A DNA stretch of 64,000 nucleotides from an uncultured Planctomycetota bacterium (GTDB taxonomy: Bacteria; Planctomycetota; Planctomycetia; Isosphaerales; Isosphaeraceae): contig CAWJTV010000011.1 of assembly GCA_963845755.1 (NCBI GenBank), forward strand, positions 1 to 64,000, read 5' to 3'. Shown here one piece after another: positions 30,621-44,263 of the stretch (positions are counted from its first letter, which is position 1; the number at the start of each line of letters is the position of its first letter). Position numbers and translations under genes: made by a program. Under the pieces are notes generated by a model. That model saw only the letters and a program-made list of their open reading frames with translations. It was not told the origin of the DNA and searched no databases.

Positions 30621-32177
30621 ATGCCCGAATTGAACCCCTCCACTGAGACCAACCCCTTGCGGCAGGCGTTGCCGCGGACGCAGGTGCCCGAGCCCTGCGC
30701 CGTGGTGCTCTTCGGCGCCACGGGGGACCTGGCACATCGCAAGTTGGTCCCGGCGCTGTTCCAGCTCGCGCGGGCCGGTCATTTGCCGTCGGAGTGCGCG
30801 ATCGTCGGGTTCGCCCGCCGCGACTGGACCGACGCGCAGCTCCGCGACGAGTACGAGAAGACCCTGGCCAAGGAGGGGGATACTCCCGAATTCCGCGCGG
30901 CCTGGAATCCGTTCGCCAGCCGGCTGTTCTTCGCGTCCGGGACCTTCGACGACCCGGAGGGATACCGGAACCTCAAGGCCACCCTGGAGGAGCTCGACCG
31001 CACGCACGGGACCCGGGGTAACCGCGTCTACTACCTGGCGGTCTCGCCCGAATACTTCGCGACGATCATCAATCGGCTGGGCGAGGCGGGCCTGATCTAC
31101 CCCTGGCAGCAGCAGAACCCCTGGAGCCGGGTGGTCATCGAGAAACCCTTCGGTCATGACCTCGCCAGCGCCCGCCAGTTGAACCTCGACGTCTCGCACG
31201 TGCTCGACGAGTGCCAGGTCTTTCGCATCGACCACTACCTCGGCAAGGAGACGGTGCAGAACATCCTGGCGCTGCGGTTCGGCAACACCATCTATGAGCC
31301 AATCTGGGATCGTCGATATGTCCACTCGGTGCAGGTGACGGTCGCCGAGGAGGTCGGCATGGCCGGCGGCCGGGGCGCGTATTACGACACCGCCGGCACG
31401 ATCCGCGACATGGTGCAGAACCACATGATGCAACTGCTCTGCCTGGTGGCGATGGAGCCCCCGGTGAACCTCTCGGCCGACGCGGTGCGCAACGAGAAGG
31501 TCAAGGTACTCCAGGCCCTGCCGCACTGGCGGCCCGAGGAGGTCGATCGCAACGTCGTCCGCGCCCAGTACACCGCCGGCTCGATCCAGGGATCTGATGT
31601 CCCCGGCTACCTCCAGGAGAAAGGCGTCAACCCCCAGTCGAGGACGGACACGTTCGTCGCGATCCGGCTGGAGCTGAACAACTGGCGGTGGGCCGGCGTG
31701 CCGTTCTTCCTCCGCACCGGCAAGCGGCTCCCCAAGCGCGCGACCGAGATCGCCATCCAGTTCCGACGGCCGCCCACGGGCCTGTTCGAGCCCGAGGGGG
31801 ACGGCCAGTGCGTGGCCAACCAGCTCGTGCTGCGGATCCAGCCCAACGAGGGGGCCAGCCTGGCGTTCCAGGCCAAGATCCCCGGCTCGCGGCGCCGGCT
31901 CCAGGAAGTGCGCATGGATTTTCGCTATGGCGCGGCCTTCGCCGTCCCGCCGCCGGAAGCCTACGAGCGGCTGCTCCTCGACGTCATGCTCGGCGACCAG
32001 TCGCTCTATACCCGCACCGATGAAGTCGACAGCGCCTGGCAGTTCATCACGTCGATCCTGGACGCCTGGAATCGGCCCGAGGCGCCGCCGCCGGCCACCT
32101 ACGTCGCCGGGAGCTGGGGACCTCCGGAAGCCGATGCGCTGATCGTCCAGGATGGCGCCCGATGGCGCAGGCCGTGA
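30621..32177 (+). CDS. zwf: Glucose-6-phosphate 1-dehydrogenase
   Basis: GATGDLA, EKPFG, RIDHYLGKE, RDMVQNH. Confidence 0.97.
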   Translation: MPELNPSTETNPLRQALPRTQVPEPCAVVLFGATGDLAHRKLVPALFQLARAGHLPSECAIVGFARRDWTDAQLRDEYEKTLAKEGDTPEFRAAWNPFASRLFFASGTFDDPEGYRNLKATLEELDRTHGTRGNRVYYLAVSPEYFATIINRLGEAGLIYPWQQQNPWSRVVIEKPFGHDLASARQLNLDVSHVLDECQVFRIDHYLGKETVQNILALRFGNTIYEPIWDRRYVHSVQVTVAEEVGMAGGRGAYYDTAGTIRDMVQNHMMQLLCLVAMEPPVNLSADAVRNEKVKVLQALPHWRPEEVDRNVVRAQYTAGSIQGSDVPGYLQEKGVNPQSRTDTFVAIRLELNNWRWAGVPFFLRTGKRLPKRATEIAIQFRRPPTGLFEPEGDGQCVANQLVLRIQPNEGASLAFQAKIPGSRRRLQEVRMDFRYGAAFAVPPPEAYERLLLDVMLGDQSLYTRTDEVDSAWQFITSILDAWNRPEAPPPATYVAGSWGPPEADALIVQDGARWRRP

Positions 32178-32244
32178 GATCGCGACTCGGCTTGGCGGTC
32201 GAGAGGAATTCGGCTAGGCTGATAGGAACAGGAGAAGACCCATC

Positions 32245-32556
32245 ATGACCATCCATCTACCAGAGGCCCTGGAGAGCTTCCTCCACGCTCGGGTCAGCCG
32301 TGGCGCGTACCCATCGATCGATGAGGCGGTCGCCGACGCCGTGCGGCGGCTCATGCGGGACGTCGCAGCAACCGAACCCGGCGAGGGCCTCTCCGCGCCG
32401 GAAACGGGGACAAGCCCAGCGCATAAGCCGATCTGGGAGGAATTTGAGGAAATATCCCGCACCATACCTCCCGAGGTTTGGGACGACTTGCCTACAGACC
32501 TGTCCGAGCAGCATGACCACTACATCTATGGAGGTCCAAAGCGGGCGACGGAATGA
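32245..32556 (+). CDS. Ribbon-helix-helix antitoxin (VapB-like)
   Basis: MTIHLP...GAYPSIDEAV; LPTDLSEQHDHYIYG tail; ATGA overlap with the PIN gene. Confidence 0.75.
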   Translation: MTIHLPEALESFLHARVSRGAYPSIDEAVADAVRRLMRDVAATEPGEGLSAPETGTSPAHKPIWEEFEEISRTIPPEVWDDLPTDLSEQHDHYIYGGPKRATE

Positions 32557-32956
32557 AGCGATATTTCGCCGACTCCCTTTACTGGATCGCGATCGCCAAC
32601 CCGAAGGATCAGTGGCATGTCCAGGCGATCGGTTGTGCACGGTTGCTGAAGTCCGCTGAGATCGTCACTACGGAGGAAGTGCTCAACGAGTTCCTCGCTG
32701 CCTTCCGGTACAATGTCCAACTCCGCACGACCGGGGTTCGTTATCTCGAGACGATCTTGGCCAATCCTCTCGTGACGGTGATCTCCCAGTCCCATTGGTC
32801 GTTCCGGGCCGGCTTCGCCCTCTACCGAAACCGCCCGGACAAGCAATACAGTTTGACCGACTGTATCTCCATGGAAACGATGCGCAGGAAGGCATCACAG
32901 AGATCCTCACGCATGACATCCATTTCACTCAGGAAGGATTTATCATCCTGCTTTAG
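32553..32956 (+). CDS. vapC: PIN-domain toxin (frameshift near 32885)
   Basis: YFADSLYWIA, KDQWH, YSLTDCIS, then GITEILTHDIHFTQEGF in the next frame. Confidence 0.85.
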
Positions 32957-33027
32957 CGACGAGGCCGTGCGATGTTCGACTTCTACGTCCGCAAAGGGAG
33001 TTCCCTGTCACTGCGAATGAGCGGGCT

Positions 33028-33674
33028 ATGAGCCTGTCGAACACCCCAACCGATATCCCTTCGCCCGAACCAACGGCAGATCTGCGTCCGCGCCGGTGGC
33101 GATCCTCGCTCAAGACCACGCGGGCCTGCTCCTTCTCGTCCTCCTGATCGCGGGCCTGTTCGGGGTCTGGAACGAATGGAAGCGACGCAACGCCGTCAAC
33201 GAGTTGATCGGCCGGCTCTCCTCGAGCCGGATCCAACTCATGCCGACACTCGCCGCGGCCGAGCCGTTCTGGCTCTACCACAGGAAGCGAATTGTCGCCG
33301 TTGGGGCGTTCGGCCCGCAGGTCCGGCGAATCCGTGACTTGCATGCCGAACCGATTGCCGTCGAGGTTCTGGTTCGGGCCATCTTGAATGACCCTGACGA
33401 TCAAATACGAGTTGAGAGCGTGTTGAGCCTCGGCGAGATCGCACGCCCCGATCAACGACTCCCCGAAATCCTCGCCGCGGTGCAGGAACTCGCCCGCAAC
33501 GACCCGGGGGTGCAAGGTGTGGCCGAGCTCGCCATCAGGCGGCTTCGCTCGAGCCGGCAACACGTCGAAAGTCGCGCCCGGCTGCTGCCTCAACTGGACC
33601 CCGAAGCGCGTGAGCGATTCCTGGAGAAGGAGGTCGCCGATGAGGCCCGCGAGGTCCGTTGGTGGCTGCAATGA
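33028..33674 (+). CDS. Membrane-anchored HEAT-repeat-like protein
   Basis: TM helix, LNDPDDQIRVESVLSLGEI; start uncertain (ATG 33028 needs a frameshift, else GTG 33096). Confidence 0.55.
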
Positions 33675-33704
33675 GTCCCGCAGCCCAGGATGTCCAGAAA
33701 CCCC

Positions 33705-34144
33705 TCAGTCCTCCTCCCGCCTCCGCCGTCCAGAGCCACGCAGCACCAGCAGGAAGAAGATGATCGCCAGCGTGCCGAAAATCCCGGTGAACTGGTTATT
33801 CTGATCCAGGTAGAAGACCAGGAGCAAGAAGAGTGAGACGACCAGCCCGGTAATGAAGACCAGGCGCAGGCGCCGACGGCGGTCGAGGGCGCGGACTCGA
33901 CGATCGAGGATCGATCCGAGTCGAGGGATTCCTCAGGGACGTCCGCGATCGTCTCGATGCTCTCGTCGTGTCCATGAACCCGGCGCCGGGTCGCCGGATG
34001 ACCGAACAGCACTTCCGGCGGCAGCGACGGATATCCGCACGCCGGACAGCGCAGCCAGCCTTCCCAGGCTCCATGCTGGGCCTCGAGCTCGGCCTTGCAG
34101 CGCGGGCAGGAATACGCCACGAAGTAAATCACCTGCGAATCCAC
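33705..34144 (-). CDS. Zinc-ribbon protein with two C-terminal TMs (frameshift)
   Basis: CPRC...CPAC; shifted frame gives LVFITGLVVSLFLLLVFYLD...IFFLLVLR. Confidence 0.65.
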
Positions 34145-34314
34145 GGTGCGGCCCCCGTTGAGATCTGGGATCTTGGATTGAGTGTCAGCTTATCCGAAGT
34201 CCAATTCAAATCCCAAATCGAAAATCCAAAATCCCGCCGGCCCCTTTCGACTCGACGATCCGGCACGTAGGATGGGGATCGATCTTGCGGGGTGAAAACG
34301 ACGCCGGTAAGAAC

Positions 34315-34373
34315 GTCGGTCAGGCTTTCCAGCCTGACCTTTCGGACGAGTCAGGCTGGAAAGCCTGACCGAC
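34315..34373. repeat. REP-like double hairpin
   Basis: gtcaggctttccagcctgac ... gtcaggctggaaagcctgac. Confidence 0.8.
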
Positions 34374-34386
34374 ATACGGAACGCCC

Positions 34387-34878
34387 ATGGCCATCGTCAT
34401 TCGACCCTATCGCGAGCCCGATCGGCAGGCCGTGCGAGACCTGACCATCGCGGCGTTCGAGGGCGTCTCGATCGACCACAACATCGACCTGAGGCTCGGC
34501 CCGATCACCGGACGGGACTGGCGTTGGCGGAAGTCGCGCGACGTCGACCGCGACATCGATCTGCTGGGTGCCGATCTCGCCGTGGCCGAAGACGATCAGA
34601 GCGGCGCGGTGGTCGGCTACGTCACCATGCAGTGCGACGATGAAACGCTTATCGGCTGGATCCACAATCTGGTGGTCGGCTCGGGTGTGCGGGGCCAGGG
34701 GTTGGGCCGGCAGCTCATCGAGCATGCCCTGAACCATTTCCGCGCCGCCGGCATGACGGTGGCCAAGATCGAGACCCTCGAGCAGAATGCGATCGGCCGG
34801 CACCTCTATCCGGCGCTCGGGTTCCTCGAGATCGCGCGACAGATCCACTACGCCATGCCCCTGACCGAGACGGACTAA
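34387..34878 (+). CDS. GNAT N-acetyltransferase
   Basis: NLVVGSGVRGQGLGRQL, LYPALGF. Confidence 0.9.
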   Translation: MAIVIRPYREPDRQAVRDLTIAAFEGVSIDHNIDLRLGPITGRDWRWRKSRDVDRDIDLLGADLAVAEDDQSGAVVGYVTMQCDDETLIGWIHNLVVGSGVRGQGLGRQLIEHALNHFRAAGMTVAKIETLEQNAIGRHLYPALGFLEIARQIHYAMPLTETD

Positions 34879-34885
34879 CCCACCG

Positions 34886-36479
34886 ATGAGCCCGGCCACG
34901 AGCCCCATTGAGACCGATGCCGGCTCAGCCGTCGTGCCGCACCGGCTGGAGATGCGGCACATCGCCAAGAGCTTCGGGGGCGTGCGCGCTGCGAGACGTG
35001 TCGCTGGTCGCGCCGGCCGGCGAGGTCCACTCGATCTGCGGCGAGAACGGGGCGGGCAAGAGCACGCTGATGAAGATCCTCGCCGGCGCGATCGCCGAAT
35101 ACGACGGCGCGATCGTCCTGGACGGCCGCCCGGTCTGGTTCTCCGGACCGCGCAGGCCGAGGATGCCGGCATCCGGATCATCTACCAGGAGCTCAACCTC
35201 GTCCCGCAGCTCACCGTGGCCGACAACATCTTCCTCGGCCGGGAGACGACGCGCGGGGGCCGGCTCGGCTGGCTGGATGAACGCGCGATGGAAGCCCGGA
35301 CGCGCCGGCTCTTCGACCGCCTGGGCGCCCCGATCGCGCCGCGGACCCGCGTCGGCGACCTGCGGATCGGCGACCAGCAGATGGTCGAGATCGCCAAGGC
35401 GCTGGCGTTCGAAGCCTCGATCGTGATCATGGACGAGCCCACCTCGGCCCTGTCGGACTCGGAGGTTGCCCGGCTCTTCCGCGTCATCGACGACCTCCGG
35501 CGGGCCGGAACCACGGTGCTGTACATCAGCCACAAGATGAACGAGGTCTTCACGCTGTCCGACCGCGTGACCGTGCTCCGCGACGGCCAGCTCGTCGCGT
35601 CGTCGTCGCGGGCGGACACCACGCCCGACCAGGTCGTGCGCTGGATGGTCGGCCGCGAGATCGCCGCGCTGAACTACCAGCCCCACCCGATCCAGCCCCG
35701 GGCGACTCTCGAGGTGGCGGACCTCTCGTTGCCCAGCCCGACGGGGAGCGGCCGGCCCAGCCTGCGCGGCATCACGTTCTCGGTCCGGGCCGGCGAGGTG
35801 CTGGGCGTCGCCGGCCTGCTCGGCGCCGGCCGCACCGAGCTCCTCGAAGCGATCTACGGCGCCAGCCCGTCGCCACCGGGAGGCACACTCCAGTTGGAAG
35901 GCCGGCCGGTCCGCTTCAGCCACCCCGACCAGGCCATCCGCGCCGGCATCGCGATGGTCACCGAGGATCGCAAGACCCTCGGCCTCTTCGACCGGATGAC
36001 CGTCGCCGAGAACATCACGCTCCGCCGTCTCTCCGACCTGACTTTCGGCGCGCTGCCGCTGGTCGACCCCCGCGCCGCACCGGGCGGTCGAGTGGTCGAT
36101 CAAGGAGCTGGCGATCAAGACGGCCGGCGGCGATGCCCCGGTGACGAGCCTCTCCGGCGGCAACCAGCAGAAGTGCATCCTCGCCCGATGGCTTCTGATC
36201 GAGCCCCGGCTGCTCCTGCTCGACGAGCCGACGCGCGGCATCGACGTCGGCGCCAAGTCCGAGATCTACCAACTGATCCGCCGCCTGGCCGGACAGGGCC
36301 GTGCCATCATGATGACGTCCAGCGAGCTGCCCGAGCTACTGGCCGTCGCCGACCGGATCATCGTCCTCTGCGAGGGGCGAATCACGGCGGAGATCCCCCG
36401 CGCCGAGGCCACGGAGGAGGCCATCATGCACGCCGCGACCCGGTTCCTCGACCGGGCTAAGCCGGGAGTGGCCGACTAA
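34886..36479 (+). CDS. Sugar ABC transporter ATP-binding protein, RbsA-like (frameshifted)
   Basis: [38 protein letters not shown] across three frames. Confidence 0.88.
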
Positions 36480-37164
36480 CGCTGACGTCTGGTTTCGCCC
36501 GCGGGACAGTCAGTAGGCCACGTCGTGACGAGGCAATTACGGATGCTGTCGGTTGCGGCGGCTCGGCGTTTGTTCCAGGAACCCAAACCGGCGGAATCGT
36601 CGAGCCTGGGGCATCAGACCAAAAACGATGGGACGGTTTCTCTTGCCTCCGTTCTTCGAGACCCGGAGGCCGACCGAAATCCCCAGGGACCAAGGCGTTC
36701 CGTCGCTCCTCAGGACTCTCTGGCTGAGGAGATGTCGTGGGGGCCCGTTCCCGGGGGGTCACGTCACGGGACCGCTTCGACGCTGGCACGAATCATGCTA
36801 CGAGTCCGTGGGGAAGACGGCCCCCATGCCTTCAAGCCGGGTGTCCCGTGGCGAATCTTGCGAGAGCGCTTAACGCTGGGATGAAGATCGCCGGACGGAG
36901 CCGGCTCCTAAAAGAAGTACTTGGACCGGCGGGAACGGCTCCAGGTGCTCGGACAAAACGAAGAAATCCTCCTGTTCTTGAAAGTTCTCGATGAGCACCT
37001 CTTCGCGGTCCCGGCACCCCGATCCTCTCCCCGTGGGGGCGAGGGCGACGGATCGAATCCCCTTCTCCCCTCGTCGAGAAGGTACCCGCAGGGCGGATGA
37101 GAACGTGGGCCGCCGGCAGCCACAGGATCGGATGGAGGCGATCGCATCGGAGGCCAACGGGACC

Positions 37165-38673
37165 ATGAGCCAGGAAACGACCAAGGGGGATGAATGGCGA
37201 GCACCTCCCGAGCTGTACGAGCAACTGGACACCGTCCCTCCTGAGGCGCGGGCGGCGATCGTGCTGGGCATTATCGAGGCGCATCCCGAAAGGCGCCTCA
37301 TCCTGCCGGCCCGTAATGGCATAAGGCCCATGCTGGATGGCATCACTCTCGCGCATCCCGCGGTCGCGCCTCCAAGGGGAGAGACTCCCGAAATCACTCC
37401 GCGTCGGAACGGCGTACGGTCGGGTCTGGACCTCCGCGGGGCTGACCTACGTGGGGCGTCTCTCCGCGATGCCGATCTCCACGGCGCCGACCTGGAAGAG
37501 GCGGATCTTCGGGACGCCGACCTGAGGAGGGCGGATCTCCGCGGGGCAAGCTTGCGGCTGGCCGACTTGAGGGGTAGCTGTCTGGCCGAAGCCCACGTGG
37601 AGGGAGCCAACCTGGCGGGGGCCGACCTTCGTGCCGCGTTCCTCGAAGGGGCTGACCTCCGGGATACCGACCTGGCGAACGCCCGCCTGGAGGGGGCGAA
37701 CCTGGGCGATGCCGACCTGCGGGGGGCTATGCTCGAGGAAGCGAACCTCGACGGCTCGAGCGTCCGCTTCGCCAGGCTCCGGCGGGCCTCGAAGGGGCCA
37801 GCATTCGACGCGCCGACCTGCGCGGCGCCGACTTGGCGGGCGCCGACCTGCGCGGCGCCGACCTCGAGGACTCGGAACTCGAAGAGGCCGGTCTTCGCGG
37901 CTCGAAGCTCGTCGGGGCGACTCTCCGGACTTGCATCCTCCGGGAGGCCGACCTGACGGAGGCCGACCTGACGGAGGCCGACCTGCGCGGCGCCCTCTTG
38001 AAGGGGGCGAACCTCCGGGATGCCGTCCTTCGCGACGTCAGGCTCCAGGGGTCAACCTCTCCCAGAGCGAGATCGCCCACATCCACCTGGGTGGGGCCAA
38101 GCTGGACGACACGCAACTCCGGTTGAAACAGCTCGATGGGGCGATCGGCGAGGAGCGGGCCGGCGACTTCGAGCGGGCGGCGCAGGGCTACCTGGCCCTC
38201 GAGCGGAACTTCGAGGGCCTCGGCGACAAGGACGCCGCCAGTTGGGCCTACCGACGCAGGCGACGCATGCAGAAGCGCAGGCGCGGCCCGAGCGGCCCGG
38301 TCGGGCGGCGTGGCGACGGTCGGCCGGATGCGAGTATGCCAGCGATCAACTGGTCGAGTGGATGTGGACTACGGCGAGGCACCGAGTCCTCGGCTCGCTC
38401 GCCGTGGTTTACGTGGTCTTCACCCTGATCTACATCCTGGCGGGGAGCGTCGTCCGCGAGGTTGAGATGGCGGGAGAGGCCGTCCGGATGATCACGCGCC
38501 ATCCGGCCAAGGTGGCGGTCTTCAGCCTCCTGGTCATGACGTCGGGGAGCCCGGAAGGCGGCCTGGCGCCGCGGGGCGACCCGACTCTGTTTCTCATGGG
38601 CGTCCAGACCTTTCTGGGCATCGCCTTGACCGGCCTGCTGGGCTTCGTACTCGGCAACCGGATCCGCCGCTGA
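37165..38673 (+). CDS. Pentapeptide-repeat protein with C-terminal 2-TM channel-like domain (frameshifted)
   Basis: Long A(D/N)LxG repeats; FSLLVMTS pore-like segment between TM helices. Confidence 0.75.
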
Positions 38674-38768
38674 TTCGCCACGGAGAACAACCCTCCTTCG
38701 CTTCTCGGGGGTTTTCGACGCTCCTCGCCGAACGCCACCGGGTTCCTGGAGCCACCCGTGAGGATTGG

Positions 38769-39037
38769 GTTGCGATCCTTACGCCGAAGGCGTTGCACAA
38801 CACAGCCCAGGGTCGCCGCAGGCGCACCCTGGGTACCGCGGGGAGACTCCACCATCGTGTCCTTACGCCGAAGGCGTTACACAACACAGCCCAGGGTCGC
38901 AAAGGGCAGCTCGGGGACGATGGGGCGGACTCGGTTATGGAACCCCGTTGGGGTACGGGTGTTCTGAGGGCGGATCGCTTCCCAGGGTGTCGCTTGCGGC
39001 GACCCTGGGCTGTGCTATCTAACGCCTTCGGCGTAGG
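38769..39037. repeat. REP-like palindromic cluster
   Basis: Repeated tacgccgaaggcgtt, acagcccagggtcgc and inverse copies; same family as 20501-20716. Confidence 0.8.
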
Positions 39038-39088
39038 GAACAGTCTCGAACCGAGGTAGTGATGAGCGAGGAGTGTCGTGTTTTCCGT

Positions 39089-41289
<2,201 letters not shown>

Positions 41290-41596
41290 TGGGGCCTCCA
41301 TCGCGGTTCATGGGATCGGAGAGGAGTTCATCGACTGACATAACCCTGCCCGAGGGCAACAGCAATGATTCGCGACAGGTTGGCCGCAGGTTCGCAGGTT
41401 TCGGACCCCGGCCCATCGACATCGAGAACGAGTGCGTCATCCGCCTGGAGTCTCTACCCCAAAAGCCTCGGAAGGTCGGAAGAGTCGAGCCTGGGACGTG
41501 TGCTCCAGGACGATGGGATCGTTCCTCTCTCCCACCGCTCTTGGGGCTCCGGCGGCCGACAGAAGTCCCCAGGGACAAAGCCGTTCTGTCTCCCCC

Positions 41597-41967
41597 CTAA
41601 CGCGGCCTTCGGCCGCAACCCAATCGAGATTCCCGATTCCCGAAGGGGAATCGATTGGGAATCCCGATTCGAGATTCCCGATTCCCGAAGGGGAATGATT
41701 CGAGAATCCGGAATCTCGAATCCGGAATTCGGAATCCCGAGAGGCGCCCAGGTGGGCAGGGGATTCTGCCGGAGGAAAACTCTAACGCGGCCTCGGCCGA
41801 AACCCAATCGAGATTCCCGATTCCCAAAGGGGAATCAATTCGGATTCCCGATTCGAGATTCCCGATTCCCGAAGGGGAATGATTTGAGAATCCGGAATCG
41901 CGAATCCGGAATTCGGAATCCCCAGAAGGCGCGCACAGCAAGGGATCCTCCCGGAGGAAAACTCTAA
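41597..41967. repeat. Two tandem CTAA-bounded structured repeat units (185 and 182 bp)
   Basis: CTAA at 41597, 41782, 41964; same family as 7140-7422. Confidence 0.85.
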
Positions 41968-42505
41968 GGGCTCTCCGGCCGGCGAAATCGAGGCGGGCCC
42001 GGTTCCTGGAGCTCGCGCCCAGCTACTAACTCTGACCTCATTCGGGGCTCTCACCCCTTTCGGAACCGACTCTGACAAACCCGCGGTAAGGCTCCTCGCT
42101 CGATGGGAACGGAGAAAGATCCATGCCTGCGTGGGTCTTCCGTGGATCGAGACGAAGAAAGAAGACACTCCTGCAAGTCAGGTTGGGAAGAGATCCAAGA
42201 AGAGAGCCTCGGTTTGATCGCGCACTGCCTGACGCTCGATGCATGGCTCCTGATCGATGATCTCCGTGTCTCCGTGGAGGGCCGTCCGCGTCTTGTCCGA
42301 AATCTCTTGCTGCTCGCACTCTCTTGCTCGTGAAGCGTCCAATCGTGTATTGGCGTATGTGGCTCGGGCTGGCGGGAACCTTCTTGTTCTTCGCAATCTC
42401 GATCGCCATGATGATGCACAACGCGTGCTGCCGGCAAGGTGCCGGGTTTCTTCTGCAGCCAGAACGATCAATCGGTAGAGGTGCTCTTATCAGCGGGGGA
42501 CAACC

Positions 42506-43732
42506 ATGCGACAACGACTCTTTCTTTGTGTCTTTCAGCCTGGGCGCTGCCCGGCCGGCTGGGCGGCCGAGTTCCCGGCGTTCCGGGCTCAAGAGCTCGA
42601 TCCCAACGTCGGCAAGGTCTGTTACGCGGTGACGACCGCCGACGTCAATGGCGACGGTAAGCTCGACGTCGTGGCCGTGACCGAGGACGCAGTCGTCTGG
42701 TTCGCCAACCCGGGGTGGGAGAAGCACAACATCATCAAGGCGCACCGAGCTAGACAACGTCTGCATCCAGCCCCACGACATCGACGGCGACGGCAAGGTC
42801 GACTTCGCCCTCGGCGCCGGGTGGCAGTCCGCCGAATACCAAGATCGGCGGCACGCTCCAGTGGCTCCGCCGCTCGGACGACGTCGATAAGCCCTGGCAG
42901 GTCTCCCGATCGGCGCCGAGCCGACTTGCACCGGATCCGCTGGGAAAGGTCCTGGGCAACGGGAAGAAGCAACTGATCGTCGCCCCACTCCAGGGGCGGG
43001 GAACGAAGGGGCCGGACTGGGGTAACGGGAATGGGGTGCGGGTCCTCGTCTACAGCGTCCCCGAGAAACCCGCCCGAGACCCCTGGCCTTCCGAGGTCGC
43101 CGACCGCTCGCTGCACACGGTTCACAACCTCCAGGCGATCGACTTTGACGGCGACGGCAAGGACGAGATCGTCCTGGCCGCGCTGGGAGGGGGTCTACTT
43201 GCTCGACCGCGACTCGGGCGGCCACTGGTCGAAGACCCAGCTCGGCACCGGGAACCAGGAGTCGAAGCCAAACAAAGGTTCGAGCGAGGTCAAGGTCGGC
43301 CGCCTGGCCGACGGCCGCCGCTACATCGCCACGATCGAGCCCTGGCACGGATTTCAGGTCGTCGTCTACACCCCGCCGCGCCGGTCGGGCCCGGAGGGTG
43401 CGCTCTGGGAGCGCCAGGTCGTCGATGAGCCCGTGCAGTGGGGCCACGCCGTCTGGTGCGCCGACCTCGACGGCGACGGCGACCAAGAGCTGATCATCGG
43501 CCAGCGCGAGAACAAGTCCGGATCAAACGCGTGCCGAGGGGCCCGGCGTGTTCGTCTACGACCCCAAGCCGGCTCGACCCCACTCGCTTTCACCCGCCAC
43601 ATCATCGAGGACGGCGGCGTCGGCTGCGAGGACGCCGTGGCCGCCGACCTCGACGGCGACGGCCGCCTCGATCTCATCGCCGGGGGCCGCGCCACACATA
43701 ACGTCCGGATCTACTGGAATCGCCAGCAATAA
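42506..43732 (+). CDS. FG-GAP/VCBS repeat secreted protein (frameshifted)
   Basis: Multiple D(V/L)(N/D)GDG motifs, IEPWHG, GRATHNVRIYWN. Confidence 0.8.
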
Positions 43733-43754
43733 TGCGGGCGGAATGTGTCCGACA

Positions 43755-43865
43755 TCAAAGCCAGCGGTCTATGTCGTTTCGCTTGCCGACGTTCACAATC
43801 AAGACGGCGACGCTCTCCCTAACGTTCTCAAGTATGCTCACTACTCTGCCGATGTCGAATATCAT
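43755..43865 (-). pseudogene. Decayed RelE/ParE-like 3' remnant
   Basis: VAVLIVNVGKRNDIDRWL* aligns with VVVVVDVGNRRDIYRSP* of the relE at 46503. Confidence 0.5.
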
Positions 43866-43921
43866 GGGAGCGTATTCGAGAGTCCTCGCGGATCACCACC
43901 ACTCGAAGAAGGCGACCCACC

Positions 43922-44190
43922 CTCGTTCCCACGCTCGGAGGCTGTGATTTTTTGATCGCGACGCTGTCTATTGAGCCCCGAATCGCCGTTGATCGTCCTG
44001 AGCATCGATTCGGGGCTCATTAGGGGCACCGAAATCGTGTACAGTTGATCCGATCTGACAGTCGTCGTACAAAAAAATCACAGCCTCTCGGCGTGGGAAT
44101 GCCGTCTTCGACGCTCGGCGTCGCGGCCCTCGCCCCGCCTGGGGACGCGGAGCGTCCCGCACGGCATTCCCATGCGGAGCGTGGGAACGA
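43922..44190. repeat. REP element (ctcgttcccacgc family) interrupted by a MITE
   Basis: Ends ctcgttcccacgctc / gagcgtgggaacgag; uninterrupted relative at 54046-54144. Confidence 0.8.
43938..44087. mobile_element. 150-bp MITE with 16-bp TIRs and 3-bp TSD
   Basis: GAGGCTGTGATTTTTT ... AAAAAATCACAGCCTC flanked by TCG/TCG. Confidence 0.8.
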
Positions 44191-44263
44191 GGGGAATGAG
44201 ATCGGGCGGAGGCCATCGCCTCCGCCCTTCCGCCAGAATCCTTCGACGTCTTGACGATCTCGG

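Noticed and set aside
41597..41967. CRISPR array
   Set aside because: Only two long units, no unique spacers, no cas genes; the same applies to 7140-7422 and the REP clusters
41970..42480. Lower-GC stretch with short ORFs, possible IS remnant
   Set aside because: No recognisable transposase motif or paired ends
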